Source: Octopus bimaculoides (taxonomy: Eukaryota). Taken from it: a stretch of 64,000 nucleotides of DNA. The notes beneath the pieces are model-generated. The model did no database searches. It saw only the letters and a program-made list of their open reading frames with translations, and had not been told where the DNA came from. Positions within the stretch are counted from its first letter, which is position 1. Each line of letters starts with the position of its first letter. A program made the position numbers and the translations under genes. The stretch spans positions 119,334,594 to 119,398,593 of the forward strand of contig NC_068984.1 of the NCBI RefSeq assembly GCF_001194135.2. Reading direction: 5' to 3'. This document shows positions 26,539-40,832 of the stretch, in pieces.

Positions 26539-27240
26539 TACACATTAAACAAACAATTGATTAGTTAATTGGTTAGATATTTAGCCAATTGGCTAACAAT
26601 AAAAAAATGGAATTAAACCTGTGCATGGTGTTAATAATATTGGCAGAATGATTCTTCCCAGACATGACAAAATTTGTTTCAACAAATGAATTTACATCAA
26701 GAATCTTGCAAACCAGAGACAAAAATGAAGTAGAATAAGCTCTAGCCGAGCTAGCAAGACACTGAAACACAATGTGTTCTACCGTCTAATTGAACCGGTG
26801 TGTGTGTTAATAATATTGGCATAATGACTCACCCAAGACACATGAATTCACATCAAGAATCTTGCAAACCAAATACAAAAATGAAGTATTTTATTTTTAT
26901 TTCATCAAAAAACATTTTTGTTTTCAAACTAATCATTTACATCATTTCAAAAATCAAAATGTCCACATTACAAAATTTCTCATTTTTTCTCTCTTAAGTT
27001 TTTACAAATTATTGCCATGATATCTAGAAAATGTTCATGGAATCAACATTTAGATGTACAATTCTTTGATGTATAGATAACTCTTCCTACTATAGGCACA
27101 AGGACGGTAATTTTCAGGGAAGGGGGGCTAGTTAAGTACATCAATCCCAGTGCTCAGCTGGTACTTATTTTATCAACCCTGAAAGCATGAAAGCATAGTC
27201 AACCTCGGTGGAATTCAAAATCAGGATATAAAGCCAGAAG

Positions 27241-27577
27241 GTACATGGCTCAGTGGTTAGAGTGTCAGGCTCACAATCATGAGGTAGTGAGTTCAATTCC
27301 TGGATCGGGCAATGTTGTGTCCTTGAGCAAGACACTTTATTTCACATTGCTCCAGTTCACTCAGCTGTAGAAATGAGTTGCAATGTCACTGGTGCCAAGC
27401 TATATCGGCCTTTGCCTTTCCCTTGGATAACATCAGTGGCATGGAGAGGGGAGGCTGGTATGCATGGGTGAATGCTGGTCTTTCAAAAACAACCTTGCCC
27501 AGACTTGTGCCTTGAAGGGTAACTTTCTACGTGCAATCCCATGGTCATTCATGATTGAAGGGGTTCTTTACCATTTC
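27241..27577 (+). mobile_element. tRNA-derived SINE, family D (CORE/Meta-like central domain), inserted into a family C SINE
   Basis: A box TGGCTCAGTGG, B box GAGTTCAATTCC, motif GTGTCCTTGAGCAAGACACTT; TSD AAAGCCAGAAG at 27230-27240 and 27578-27588. Confidence 0.85.
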
Positions 27578-28084
27578 AAAGCCAGAAGAAATGCTGCTGA
27601 GCATTTTTGTCCAGCATACTAATGATTCTACCAGCTCACTGCCTTTTTGTTTCTACTGTAGGCACAAGGCCTGAAATTTGGAGGGAAGCACTAGGTGATT
27701 ACCTTGACCCCAGTGCTTGACTGGTAATTATTTTATCAACCCCAAGAGTCAATCTCAATGAACTCAGAATGTAAAGCTAGAAGAAATGCCACTAAGCAGT
27801 TTTTTCTTGCCAATTTGCCACTTTTTTCTTAGATATATTGATAACAGTATAAACACAATAACGAAGTGATCCTGGACAAACTGTATTAAAAAAAAAAAAT
27901 GATACCAGGAGAATAACTGGGAATTGAATTCAATTTTTCTTCCTAACCGAACCCCTCACTACCCCCCCCCCAAAAAAAACATGGAGTGAAAATTCTAATT
28001 ACTAAAACTGAGATATTTTTATGAATTGAAATGGCAGTTAATTAAGGCATCCAAAAGATTTTGAAAACTAACTGAATATTGAAC

Positions 28085-28315
28085 TTAACCCTTTTGATAC
28101 CAACTCACCTGAGACCACCTCTAGTTCTATAATAAAAACTTTCAGTTTTAGTTTTAAAGTGGTTGAAATTAAAACAATCTGTTAAAATTTCAGGTTAATT
28201 TATATTCCAAACACCAGCTTAATAATAAAGACTTTACAAAAGACTTCATTATTTTCAAAATTAATTAAAACCAAAGTAGTATATCTCAACAAGAATATCG
28301 TAATCAAAGGTTTAA
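28085..28315. mobile_element. piggyBac-type (TTAA) MITE, second family
   Basis: TTAA|CCCTTTTGATAC ... GTAATCAAAGGT|TTAA; degenerate TIRs. Confidence 0.5.
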
Positions 28316-28504
28316 ATGGAATACATTTCCAAAAAACAGATATTCAATTTTGTATTGATAATAACTACTTTTTTAAATCAAATTTAAAATTACGAATTCC
28401 CATTATCAATTTTAAATTTAAGGTAATTGGAAATACAACAATGAATAATAAAATATATCTGAGAACTTTGAAAATCCTGAGGAACACATTTTGAGAGAGG
28501 GTAT

Positions 28505-28730
28505 TTAACTCTTTTACTGCAGAAAGCAAATTTATCCATTCAAAATTTCACAACTCTTATCTGTTGGAAGCAGTCTTATAATACACAAATCTATCTTTTG
28601 TCGAGAAATGTCATGTTTGAAATCATTTCCTATTGAGATAAAGTTGCAGAAAATACCAGTTCTATGTTTAGATATTTAGCATCAATAGTGGAATAAACCA
28701 TGAAATTTGATTTTGCAGTGAAATGGTTAA
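28505..28730. mobile_element. piggyBac-type (TTAA) MITE, third family
   Basis: TTAA|CTCTTTTACTGCAGAA ... TTTTGCAGTGAAATGG|TTAA. Confidence 0.5.
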
Positions 28731-29174
28731 TAAAACAGAGATGATTGTGAGCTCAGAAAATGGACATCTTTGATTTAGTCAGGAACACATTGTTTTTCTT
28801 TCTTTTTTTTTTCCTTTTCTTAATTGAGAGGATATTCTAGGTGCAGGGTTGGATGTGTGGTTAAGAAATTCACTTTGCAAACATGTAGTTTTGGGTTCAA
28901 TCCCATTGGACTTTGGGCAAGTGACCTTTAACTATAGTTTCAGGTTGACCAATGCCTTATGAGTGAATTTGGTATGGAAACTGTGGAAGCCCTTCCCATG
29001 TGTGTGTGTGCGTGCATGTATGTCTTAGTGTTTATCCTTCCCCCACCATAAACCCAAGACCACATGGTTTGGAAGCAAGTTCCTTAACCATACATCCATG
29101 CCTGCACCTAAATTATCTCATAATATTTTTAAACATGTTTCTCAACGTTTCTTAAATCTAATCAACTAATGTAT

Positions 29175-29374
29175 TTAGTTACCAGCTGATCGCAGTTTCT
29201 TTGCTTTCTCCATAAAAGAGACAACTCTGTGAATATCTAAGTCATTTTTCCAGTGTCCAGCATCTTTGAAATGGGATCCAACTATTATAGCATTTGCTTC
29301 GACAAAATTCACTAAGTTTTCACATGTGACGCCAGAACCAACAAGAACTGGTATATTCACAGCTTTCTTCACAG
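29175..29374 (-). CDS. BtpA/SgcQ-family gene, terminal coding exon (200 nt incl. TAA)
   Basis: Acceptor with polypyrimidine tract ...ctgtttttag|CTGTGAAG; encodes (A)VKKAVNIPVLVGSGVT...KLRSAGN*, stop at 29177-29175. Confidence 0.93.
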
Positions 29375-29448
29375 CTAAAAACAGAAAGCAAAAAAAGAAA
29401 CATTGAAAATGTAAAGGAGTAAATCTACATGTATGCACAAGTGTACAT

Positions 29449-29490
<42 letters not shown>

Positions 29491-32400
29491 ACACTCATAC
29501 ACACACACACATCATAATCGCCGTCATCGTCATCGTAATCATCATTTCCATCATCATAGCTATTGTCATCACCATCATTTAATGCGCAGTTTTCCATGCT
29601 TTCACAGGTGAGATGGAATTTGTTGAGGCAGATTATTCTATGGCCAGATGCTCTTTCTGTCATCAACACTTACCTGTTTCCAAGCAAGGAAATTTACCTG
29701 TTTCCCACATGGCCAGACATGTTTTTCTTGGGAGACTGGAATTGGACCATATTGCTTGGGATGAAGTGCTGAAGAACAACTTCAGGATGTTGAACCTTTC
29801 AGGCAAGATGACAAAGAACTGAGATGATTGGTGCCTTGCTGTAGTCAAGAAGACCCGTACTCCACAGTAAAAGTGTTAAGACTGGTTGCTCCAAAGGTGA
29901 GAATTAACCTGAAAGAGTCCTCTGCCAATACCACATAAAAAGCACTCATGACAGTGTTATGTAAAAGCACTCGAGTAATGCCACATAAAAGTGCCCATGT
30001 GGTGCCACATAAAAGCACCCATGCAGTGCCACATAAAAGCACCCAGCACACTCTGTATAGTGATTGGCATTAGGAAGGGTATCCAGCTGTAGAGACTATG
30101 CCAAATCAGACTGGAGTCTGGTACAGCTTCCTAGTTTGCCAGGTCTGGTCAAACTGTCTAAACCATGCAAGCATGGACAACGGATGTTAAATGATGAGGA
30201 TGATGATTACTTGTATGACAGTGATGCTGACTTACAACCATTATAGGACATCTAGAAAGGGTACGTACAAACACATATTCATTTATATGCCGAGCAAAAT
30301 CACAGTTGTGACAGATACCAGTGTCACACAAATGGTATCTGTGCCAGTGACACATAAAAGCACCCATTACACTCTCGGAGTGGTTGGCATTAGAAAGGGC
30401 ATCCAACCATAGAAAACCATGCCAAATCAGATTGGAGCCTGTCGCAGCCTTCCAGCGTTCCACTGAGTGGATCAACTAGAACACTTATCATAACCGATGG
30501 AGTACTCAGCTATATGGGGGGGGGTCTGCACATTTGTGCACACACATGTGCGCATGTGTGTGTGCATGTGGCTATGTATCAAACACTTACCCGACATGTC
30601 ATATGGTAAAACTGAACGTGAGATCATGTAGTTAAAAAAATGTATATTATGAAACATTTTTATTGTGACAAAAGCATGCAATGTGAATGTATAATAAGTG
30701 CAATTATTAACTAATGTATTATTTTAGGTAATTAGCTTTTGTGTGCACATTAGTTTCTTGTGTAAACAAACTCAGAAGGATTATTACTTATAGGATATTA
30801 TATCTTAAAATTAACAATATAATTTAATATGCACATATATACACCCATGATTGTACACATACAGACATATAATGAGTGTGCAGAAAGTTTGTGCCATAAT
30901 AATTTCCTTCATAATTTTGATAGTAATTCTCAAAAATGCTTTATGTAGCCAGCCCACTTATGCGAACCTTTCCTCCATTGGACACTAAACTCCGCTTGCG
31001 AAGACCTGTTGAGAAAAGTGAAATCGAAATTGAACTAAATTCGACGACTGGCCCCCATGCCAACGTCTCCTCCATTGGACACTAAACACTGCTTGCGAAG
31101 ACCTGTTGGGGCAAGCAAAAGCAAAATCGTGATGGCACCACCGTTTGAGCGTGATCGTTACCAGCATTGCCCTCTTGGCACTTGTGCCGGTGGCACGTGA
31201 AAAGACATTCGAGCGAGATCGTTGCCAGTGCCGCTGGACTGGCTCCTGTGCAGGTGGCACGTAAAATACACCATTTTGAGCATGGCCATTGCCAGTACCA
31301 CCTGACTGGCCTTCGTGCTGGTGGCACGTAAAAGCACCCACTACACTCTCAGAGTGGTTGGCGTTAGGAAGGGCATCCAGCTGTAGAAACTCTGCCAAAT
31401 CAGATTGGAGCCTGGTGTCGCCTCCTGGTCCACCAGTCCTCAGTCAAATCGTCCAACCCATGCTAGCATGGAAAGCGGACGTTAAACGACGACAATGATG
31501 ATGATGATGATTCATATATGCATATATATAGGTGTGTGTGTGTGTGTGTGTTACTGTCTCCTTGCACCTTGACATCTTGTGATAGTTGTGAGTGTCACCA
31601 GCATGCAACTGGTCTTCTTCATTTCTAATCACCTGACACATGTGAGGTCATGGGGAAATATTACCTCATGTAGAAACAGGTGAGGGTTGGCAACAGGAAG
31701 GGCACCTGACTATAAAAAAAATCAAATCTGCCTCAACAAATTTGTCTGACCCATGCAAGCATAGAAAAGTGGATGTTGATGATGATAATGATGATGATAT
31801 GTGATATGTGTGTGTGTTTGTGTAAGATGCATGTGTTCGCATGCACACACACACCTCCAAAGAAATATGCAAATTTGCTGACCAATCTATAACCAGCAAT
31901 CATGAAACAGGTTTAAATGGAAATTACATATGTAGATAGGCATGTGTCTGTATATATATATGTACATTTTTGTTTATATACATATTTGTGCACACACACA
32001 CACATACACACACACACAATGTATTCTATATATGAGAGTAAAAAAAAAGGGAGAGAGGGTAGAAGTTGGAAAGAGATAGATAGATAGATAGATAGATTTC
32101 TTTATTAGCCACACAGGGCTCAACACAGAGGGGACAAAATACAAATGTAGAGTTTTTCTTTTCGAGGGGGTCGAAAACAAAGCAGAAAAAAAACAAAAGT
32201 GGGGACAACGATGAAAAAAAACATCGCAAAACGTTTGGGGTATTTACAAAAAATACGAAATAATACAAAAAATTCCCAATAAATGGGGAGGTTATCCGTG
32301 GAAAGAAAAACCTACGAAAAGACCACGGTAACCTCGGTCTTTAGCGTCACAGTTTGTTAAATAAAATTTCTTTTNNNNNNNNNNNNNNNNNNNNNNNNNN

Positions 32401-32824
32401 NNNNNNNNNNNNNNNNNNNNNNNNNNNNNNNNNNNNNNNNNNNNNNNNNNNNNNNNNNNNNNNNNNNNNNNNNNNNNNNNNNNNNNNNNNNNNNNNNNNN
32501 NNNNNNNNNNNNNNNNNNNNNNNNNNNNNNNNNNNNNNNNNNNNNNNNNNNNNNNNNNNNNNNNNNNNNNNNNNNNNNNNNNNNNNNNNNNGCTACATGT
32601 ATCCATCTTTTTTCGAAACATTTGCTAGACAACACTTGCCTCTCTACTCTCACCTTCCTTTTCAAGTGATACTTGAAAAAGTTGATGAGAGATTGACCAG
32701 AGAGGAAAGTATTTGTCTCTAATCCTTTCAGACGCGTCCACCAGATGCATTCTTTGGCCATAGCCACAAGTACGATAAATACAGCTCTTCCTTCCCGTTT
32801 AAAGGAAGGAGGCGTGACAATATT

Positions 32825-32907
<83 letters not shown>

Positions 32908-35900
32908 TGTGTGTGTGTGTAAGTGAGGGAGCACATGTAACAAGAGACCCTATGAAACAAGAATCTCTATAACAAAATGTACAGATATACATTACAAGAG
33001 CTTCATTAACCAATTACTTGTATTTGTACAACTGTAGATGTTTGGATATTTGTAAATAGATACATCAAAATTCTTACACAGTATATTATCTCACAGATGG
33101 TTCTCACACAGTAGAGAAAAGATTTGTGGTTTAATGCTATGACAACCTATTCCAGTTTTAAATTCCAAAGGGATGTGAAATGACTTGAAAAAAAAATATT
33201 CTATGGGGAAAAGTTGTTATCATCATTTATTTTGTACACAGACAGTTCTCAAAAGAACTTCTTCAGGTACTTCAGTATTAAAGACTGATATGTCTAGTGA
33301 ATGCAGAAGAGATATCAAATTTCAGTTCCTAAAGTATTCTTGGTACCTTTTCTATAGGTTTAAAAAAAAATTTTTTTTAAATTCAATTTCCTGAAAAGTA
33401 TCTAAAAAGATTATAACTGCAAAATGTATCTATGTGCTAAAACACAAAACAAAACAAACTCGAGGATAATAAGTAAATAAATAAATAAATATTTAAATGA
33501 CTATTCTCTTCCCTCATTTTTATCATCCAAAACACTATTTCCCTAGCTTGCTTAGTCACTTTACTGTCTTTTCTAACAACCGCCCTGCCCACTTCATCAC
33601 CCACACACCCACCAATGATATTTCAGGACTTACTCATTCACTATTTGTAACAATAGTGCATAGTTTAGTTACAACTTTAAGGAGGGAATGCACTGATCTG
33701 AAACATAAGTGTGTTGAGAAATTTGAGTAGGATTCTTGACTGTTTGAACAGTGAAACAAATAAATGTTCACTGAATTATACATACATTTTTATTTAACAG
33801 CCTAGTTCAGGTAACTTTCTCACTTCGTGGCTATTTTTTTTTTTTTTTCAATCTGGTAAGCTCTCCACCCACACAAGTATGTGCACATGCTTAGAAGCCA
33901 CACAGCAACTCAATAGAGTCTGAAAACATTTGATATTTATCATTCCAACTTCAATGTTTGATCAAGCAAAACTTGATAGGGACTCACCACCCACAAATAT
34001 AAATTTCTAACCTATTTTTTGGAGAAGGAAAAAGAAAAATTTAAAAAAAGGAATGTAATATGCCAGTTAACAAATTAAATATAAGCTGCATCCTGCTTTT
34101 TTTCTACTTAGTTTGGATTACAAATTATTGTTGCTGCTGTTGTTATTATTACTGAGTGAGAGAGCAGTGAATGCTGTCAAAGTGACACTGGGGTAAAATA
34201 TACAAAGCCCAGTATACCTATCATGACTACCCATCTGATAAGGGTACACCAGGCACATGCATCACAACCATATGTGCACGACATGGTGATCTCATATCAA
34301 CATAAACAGCACATGACCTTGCAGGTGGGGCCCAGTTAGAATTTTCTTCAGGTAGCCCACCCTGCTCAAAAGGTCCCTGAATAAGGGTTGTTTAAGGATG
34401 TTGAACGAAACACCCATGTTTCCAAAGGTAAATTATCCAAATCCGAAAGAATTCCTCTCAACACATGGCTATGATGCTCACCCACTACTTCTGCTCATGA
34501 TCAGAGATGCACATATCGTCAGCCACTAAGGGACATGCTCAGCTAGTTAAGGTCAAACAACTGACAAGCAAATCTGTGGTATTGAGCAGAATATTTGCTG
34601 TAGCCCATCTGTTATACCAAGACAAAACAATGCACATGATAACACTTCCAATCAGTTAAGAGAGAAGCCATGAAAGCCATTGCCTGGTACTGCATCAGGG
34701 TATTTATTGTTGTTGTTATTATTATTATTATTAAGATAGCAAGTTGGCAGAATCGTTAGCACACTTCATGTCCTGAGTTCAAATTCTGCCAAGATCAACT
34801 TTGCCTTTCATCCTTTCAGAGTTGATAAATAAAGTACCAGTGTTTCACTGGCGCTGACATAATTTACTAGTTCCACTCCCCCAAATTTCAGGCCTTGTGC
34901 CTATACTAGAAAGGATTATTATCATTTATAAAGGTTGTGAGCTGGTAGAATCGTTAGCACACCAGGCAAAATTCTTAGTGGCATTTCATCCACCTTCCCA
35001 TTCTGAGTTCAATTTCCATTGAGGTCAGACTAAATTGGAGTGTCTTTCACTCTTCCTGTGAAATGGAAGTGTTTTATTGGTCAGATGTTGCCATCTGTAC
35101 TAGTGACCCTTGAGAGGTGGGTTTGACATGCTGTGGCTGCTGATGCAGAGTGTTAGACCGAAGTTGTACCACTCACATAAATTCCTGGATAGTGTACAGA
35201 TGTGATCTCCCAGGTATGGCATGCAATTCCATCGTTCATTTCTTTGATAAGTCAAGACTCAAGAAAAGACCAAGATTGGGTGCTTGACATCTGGAAGGTC
35301 ACCATCCTTTACCAATCAAGACATACAGTCACTGGAAGTCTCACTTCAACAATATACTAAAGGGCCGGCAGGGTGTAAGAATATGATGTCATCGTTGTCA
35401 TCATCATCATCATTTAATGTCCACTTTCCATGCTGGCATAGGCTGAACAGTTTGACCGGAGCTGGCAAGGCCAGGAGCTGCACCAAGTTCCATAGTCTGT
35501 TTTGGCTAGGTTTCTACAATTGGACGCCCTTAAGGAAACTCTAGGTGTCAACAAGGATGAACTTGCTGGAGACTCTTCAGGAGAACATTTAGGTCAGGTA
35601 TACTATGGATAACTTTCAGAAATCCTTCCTAAATCAGTAGAGCTGCAGGGCTGCTCAAGATGCACACGGAGCAACAAAACCATACTACATGTATCCATGT
35701 GACGTCTGAGTTATGTTGGACAGCTGTTGTCACATGGAAAATGAATCCAGCGATCAGCCAATTATATAAAGTAAAAGTACAGCAGGACAGGGGTGAGGGA
35801 TGGGGGATGTTATCAACTAACCCCTCCCCTTGAAATGCTAACTTTCTGCCTAAATTAGCAACAGTTATTGTAGTTGTTGTTATCATAATTAATTTCTTTC

Positions 35901-38900
35901 TTTCCTTACATCATCCATTTTTCTTTCTTTGAAATCCATTCTCCATGCTAGCAATGGTTGGATGGTTCTACAAAATTTTGTTACTTTTAACTCAAGCCTT
36001 ATCATTAGTCACTCTTTTATTCTTTTTTTTTTTTTTTAATCACTAAGTGCTTTATTTTCATTGTTATTTTTAGATGATTACAACTCAGGCTACCTTCTTC
36101 TGGCTATGTGAGCATTTTGTTCTTGATTTTCAATGTCCACCCACTCACCATCTTTTCTTTCATATTAGCTTTCTTCCTTGTTAACAACAAGAAGCTTCTT
36201 TCTGATTCCTAGCTGCTTGTTCTTGTTACTCTAGTCTGAATGCTATTATTCATTCAGATTACTTTTGCTTATCTTGCTTATAAAACATATTTCATTTCCC
36301 TTTAGTTAGCCAGATTCTTTAAACCTTTAGCATTCAGATTACTCTGCCAAATGTAATGCATATTTATTCACATTGCTTTGAATTAATCCTACTTTATCTC
36401 ATAGCATTGAGATTTTGATGATGTGATTGTTTAATTTTACAATAACATTGTAGGGTAAATGTGAGAAGTTGGGCATGGCCAGTTTGAGCATAAAATGGGT
36501 AGGTTATTTGGACCTGTATGTATGTATGTAGCTGTGTGTGTGTCTTGCTGTTTGTGCACCACCACTTGACAGTTGGTGTTGGTTTGTTTACATCCCAGTA
36601 ACTTGGCAGTTTGACATAATACAGCCTAATAAAAAAATTATTACTGGGGTCAATTCATTTGAGTAAAACCTATCAAGGTGGTGCCCCGGTGTGACAACAG
36701 TCCAATGACTAGAACAAGTAAAAGATTAAGGATAAAAGATAAAGAAAAAGAGACAGAAGCTTACCTTCCAGTTCAGATTGATCTGCAGGTGAACCTGTGG
36801 CTGTTCCAGTCAGAATTACTCCATCACTTAAGAAGAATTCTGCAGCCTTGGCAGTTTCAACTATGTCAATGTCTTCAGTAATGCTATGAGAGCTAGATTT
36901 TGAAATTTTAATTTTGTAAAGAAAAAAAAATTCTTTTAATTTATTGGATAGTATAAACGAAATTTTTAGAGGGAAGAGAACAAAATTTCAGGGATATATT
37001 AGCATTAAATCTAAATAAAAAACAGGGATATTAAAAAAAAAACAAAAAAAAACATGTATTTGATGCATTACCCAGTATTCAGTTGCTATTAGTAGAATCC
37101 AATCTGCTATAACTATTTGATCATTAAATGATGATGATGATGGTGATGATGATGATAAGTACATACATACTTCATCATCATCACCATCATCGTTTAACAT
37201 TCTCTTTCCATGCTAGCATGAGTTGGACGATTTGACTGAGGACTGGTAAGCAAGAAGGCTGCACCAGGCTCCAATCTGATCTGGCAGAGTTTCTACAGCT
37301 GGATGCCCTTCCTAACGCCAACCACTCAGAGAGTGTAGTGGGTGCTTTTACGTGCCACCCGCACGAGGGCCAGTCACACGGTACTGGCAACAGCCACGCT
37401 CTAATCAACATATTCAGTATTACTGATCCATTTCAGCTAATATCACTACCAATCAGTTTTGCACTGGGTGTTAAGTAACTAGACATTAGATAACATCTCA
37501 GTTAAGTAAATACCACACACTCTTCACAGTGTGTGCTAGTTTGGTCATGTGATGTGCATAGATGAGAACAGTTGCATAAAGAAGTTCTGCTCTCTTAAAG
37601 TGGATGGAACTTGTGGAAGAGGGAGACCCAGGAAGACATGGGACGAAGTAATGAAGGATGATCTCAAGATGTTCCATCTTATAGAAGGAGATGACAAAAG
37701 ACTGAGATATCTAATGTCTAACTGTACTCAAGAAGACCTGTCCGCTACAGCTGAATAGATATCCTAAAACCACTTTGGTAATGCTTACCTCCATCCTTTC
37801 TGCTTTGTTAACCTTCTTCCCCTACATTTCATCCTCCAACACCCATCACTTCCTCTATCACCTAAGGGCAGAATCGGCACATACTAAGTGGTGAGCTGGC
37901 AGAAACGTTAGCACGCCAGGCGAAATGCTTAGCGGTATTTCGTCCGCCGCTACATTCTGAGTTCAAATTCCACCGAGGTCGACTTTGCCTTTCATCCTTT
38001 CGGGGTCGATTAAATAAGTACCAGTTATGCACTGGGGTCGATATAATCCGTTTGTCTGTCCTTGGTTGTCCCCTCTGTGTGTAGCCCCTTGTGGGCAATA
38101 AGAAAATAAGAATAGGCACATACTACATCCCTGGTTTTCTCCATTAACTTTTCTCCCCACTCCCAGTTACCTTTCTTCCTTCACTTACTGTCTCCACCAA
38201 TCACCTCCTTTCTGCACCTACTCTCTCCTCCCTCTGCAGCTCTCCATCATCAACACTTCATTTACCTGCTATCACCTTCAATGCCCTCACATATTTATTG
38301 CAACCCCTGCACCCAAGCCTTTTCTATATTTCTCTCCATCATTGCTATAGTCACTTCATCCTGCCTATTCACCCAGCCCAAGTCTCTACATCACCTCTGT
38401 ACCTTAAATCTAACAGCTAGCACAAAGTCACATCCTCTCAATACTACCCACCTGTCCCATCTGGGGGGTTCTTGTCTTGCAAGGTACTTGGTGATCCTGT
38501 TGGTGCTGGTACCAAATAAAAAGCACTGATACCTACCTCTATTACCACCCATCACTTTCCTCTTGCTTTTTCTCTCACTATCCATCTTTCCACCTCAAGA
38601 GTACCTTCTAGTTTTCCTTTCCCTCACTACACAGTTCCTCCTTTTTCTCTTACTCTCTCCCTTACCTCCCCACCTGGGACACTTTCACAACATTCACACT
38701 CTACCATTCCTCTTCTCTCTACCTATAGGGTTAATTCACTTTACTACTTAAGGAGCATAGGGCCAGTTTCCTCGTTTCTTTGGTGTATATATCCTTCCTT
38801 GGATGGAAACACCAGTTCATCGCAGGATTACTCATTTTCACCAGCTGAGTGGACTGGAGCAACATGAAATGAAGTGTTTTGCTCAAGAACACAACACATC

Positions 38901-40774
38901 ACTTGGCCCAGGAATTGAAACTACAGTTTTACAATCATGTGTCCAATACCCTAACCACTAAACCATATGCCTCCTCTCCCCACCAATACAGTACCCTCAA
39001 AACATTGTAGACTTTATAGATGAAGCTCTTTCTGTGATCAACACCAATGTAACCCAAGATTTGATTGTCTCCCACGCCCTTCATTCTGCATCATTATGAC
39101 CTACTTGCTGTTACATGCACCATCACGCAATCCTATTTAAATTATATCACCTTCATACTTTCTTAAATTCTGTACCACACAAGCATCTTCCACATTCAAC
39201 CCAAACCAGTTATGGGCAAACTGCAGTCTGCAGAACTTTATAAATGGCATGCCTAATGAAAAAGTACACTAATTTTTTTTTTAGTAATGTGACCTGCCTG
39301 ATGACAAGCCATGTCTCATGCAACCTGCTTCTTACAAAGGTTGCCCATACCTGACCTAGACACTTCACAAAAGACATCTACTGCTTCACTGAACAGTGTC
39401 CTTGAAAACATACTCCAAAGAGGACACGACAACCTAAATGGACTACATCCAAATGAAGATCTTTCCGCTAATTAGCAAAAGACTTACTAGCCAAAACACT
39501 ACAGCCACTTGTCCACAAGCATGCTGCATCATTTTTTTTCTTCCTCTTCTACCTTTTATACAGTGGCCTTTGCCCCTTTGAACTTCTTAGCTACTTAACA
39601 TCACATCTACTTCTTTGATTCAACTGTCTCTCATCCTTTTATTATCTCATCTCTGTTATTTCTCCACAGTACTTCATTCAATCCTGTGGAATTCTTTCCT
39701 CCTCCTCCTCCTCCTTATCGTTATTATTGTTGTAGTTTTTTTCGCAAATGAAGGTTATATCATTTTGCAGACTCTTGTAATGACATAATAATCTCTTGTG
39801 CCAAAAGTTTACTCACGAACAACTAAAACATAAAAGCACAACAGAAATAACATTCTCCAGGATGTTGGTACTTTGATATAATAGTAACAGTTGAGCAGCA
39901 CTAGGTTAGACAGATACCTGGTGTTGCCACGCTTTTAGTATCAAAGTAACAACACCATGCTGGTTTTCATACACACAGCAAACTAACAAAATAGGATCAT
40001 CAACATTATCCTCATCATCATCATCATCATCATTACCAGCATTGTCACCAAAGATCCTGATGCCATCACCAATGTCCCCATCCTCTTCTCCTTGAACACT
40101 CATACATTGTCTTCGATGAGAGAGTTTGTTATATATATATGTGCACCTTCCGCACACAAAAACTATTTTCCCCGTTAACTTTACTCTGATATTGCTGTAT
40201 CTCTTATGTGTCCATAGCTTACACCAGGTACATCTTATGGAGTTTCTAACTACAACATTTCTACAAATTGAGCAAGGCCATCTACCTGAAGGGATTTGTG
40301 ATTTGTTTGCATATATATATATATATATANNNNNNNNNNNNNNNNNNNNNNNNNNNNNNNNNNNNNNNNNNNNNNNNNNNNNNNNNNNNNNNNNNNNNNN
40401 NNNNNNNNNNNNNNNNNNNNNNNNNNNNNNNNNNNNNNNNNNNNNNNNNNNNNNNNNNNNNNNNNNNNNNNNNNNNNNNNNNNNNNNNNNNNNNNNNNNN
40501 NNNNNNNNNNNNNNNNNNNNNNNNNNNNNNNNNNNNNNNNNNNNNNNNNNNNNNNNNNNNNNNNNNNNNNNNNNNNNNNNNNNNNNNNNNNNNNNNNNNN
40601 NNNNNNNNNNNNNNNNNNNNNNNNNNNNNNNNNNNNNNNNNNNNNNNNNNNNNNNNNNNNNNNNNNNNNNNNNNNNNNNNNNNNNNNNNNNNNNNNNNNN
40701 NNNNNNNNNNNNNNNNNNNNNNNNNNNNNNNNNNNNNTATATATATATATATATATACATGTATATATATATAT

Positions 40775-40832
<58 letters not shown>

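Noticed and set aside
29925-30050. CRISPR-like repeat array
   Set aside because: Units are contiguous without unique spacers, derive from the RTE 3' UTR, and the context is eukaryotic.
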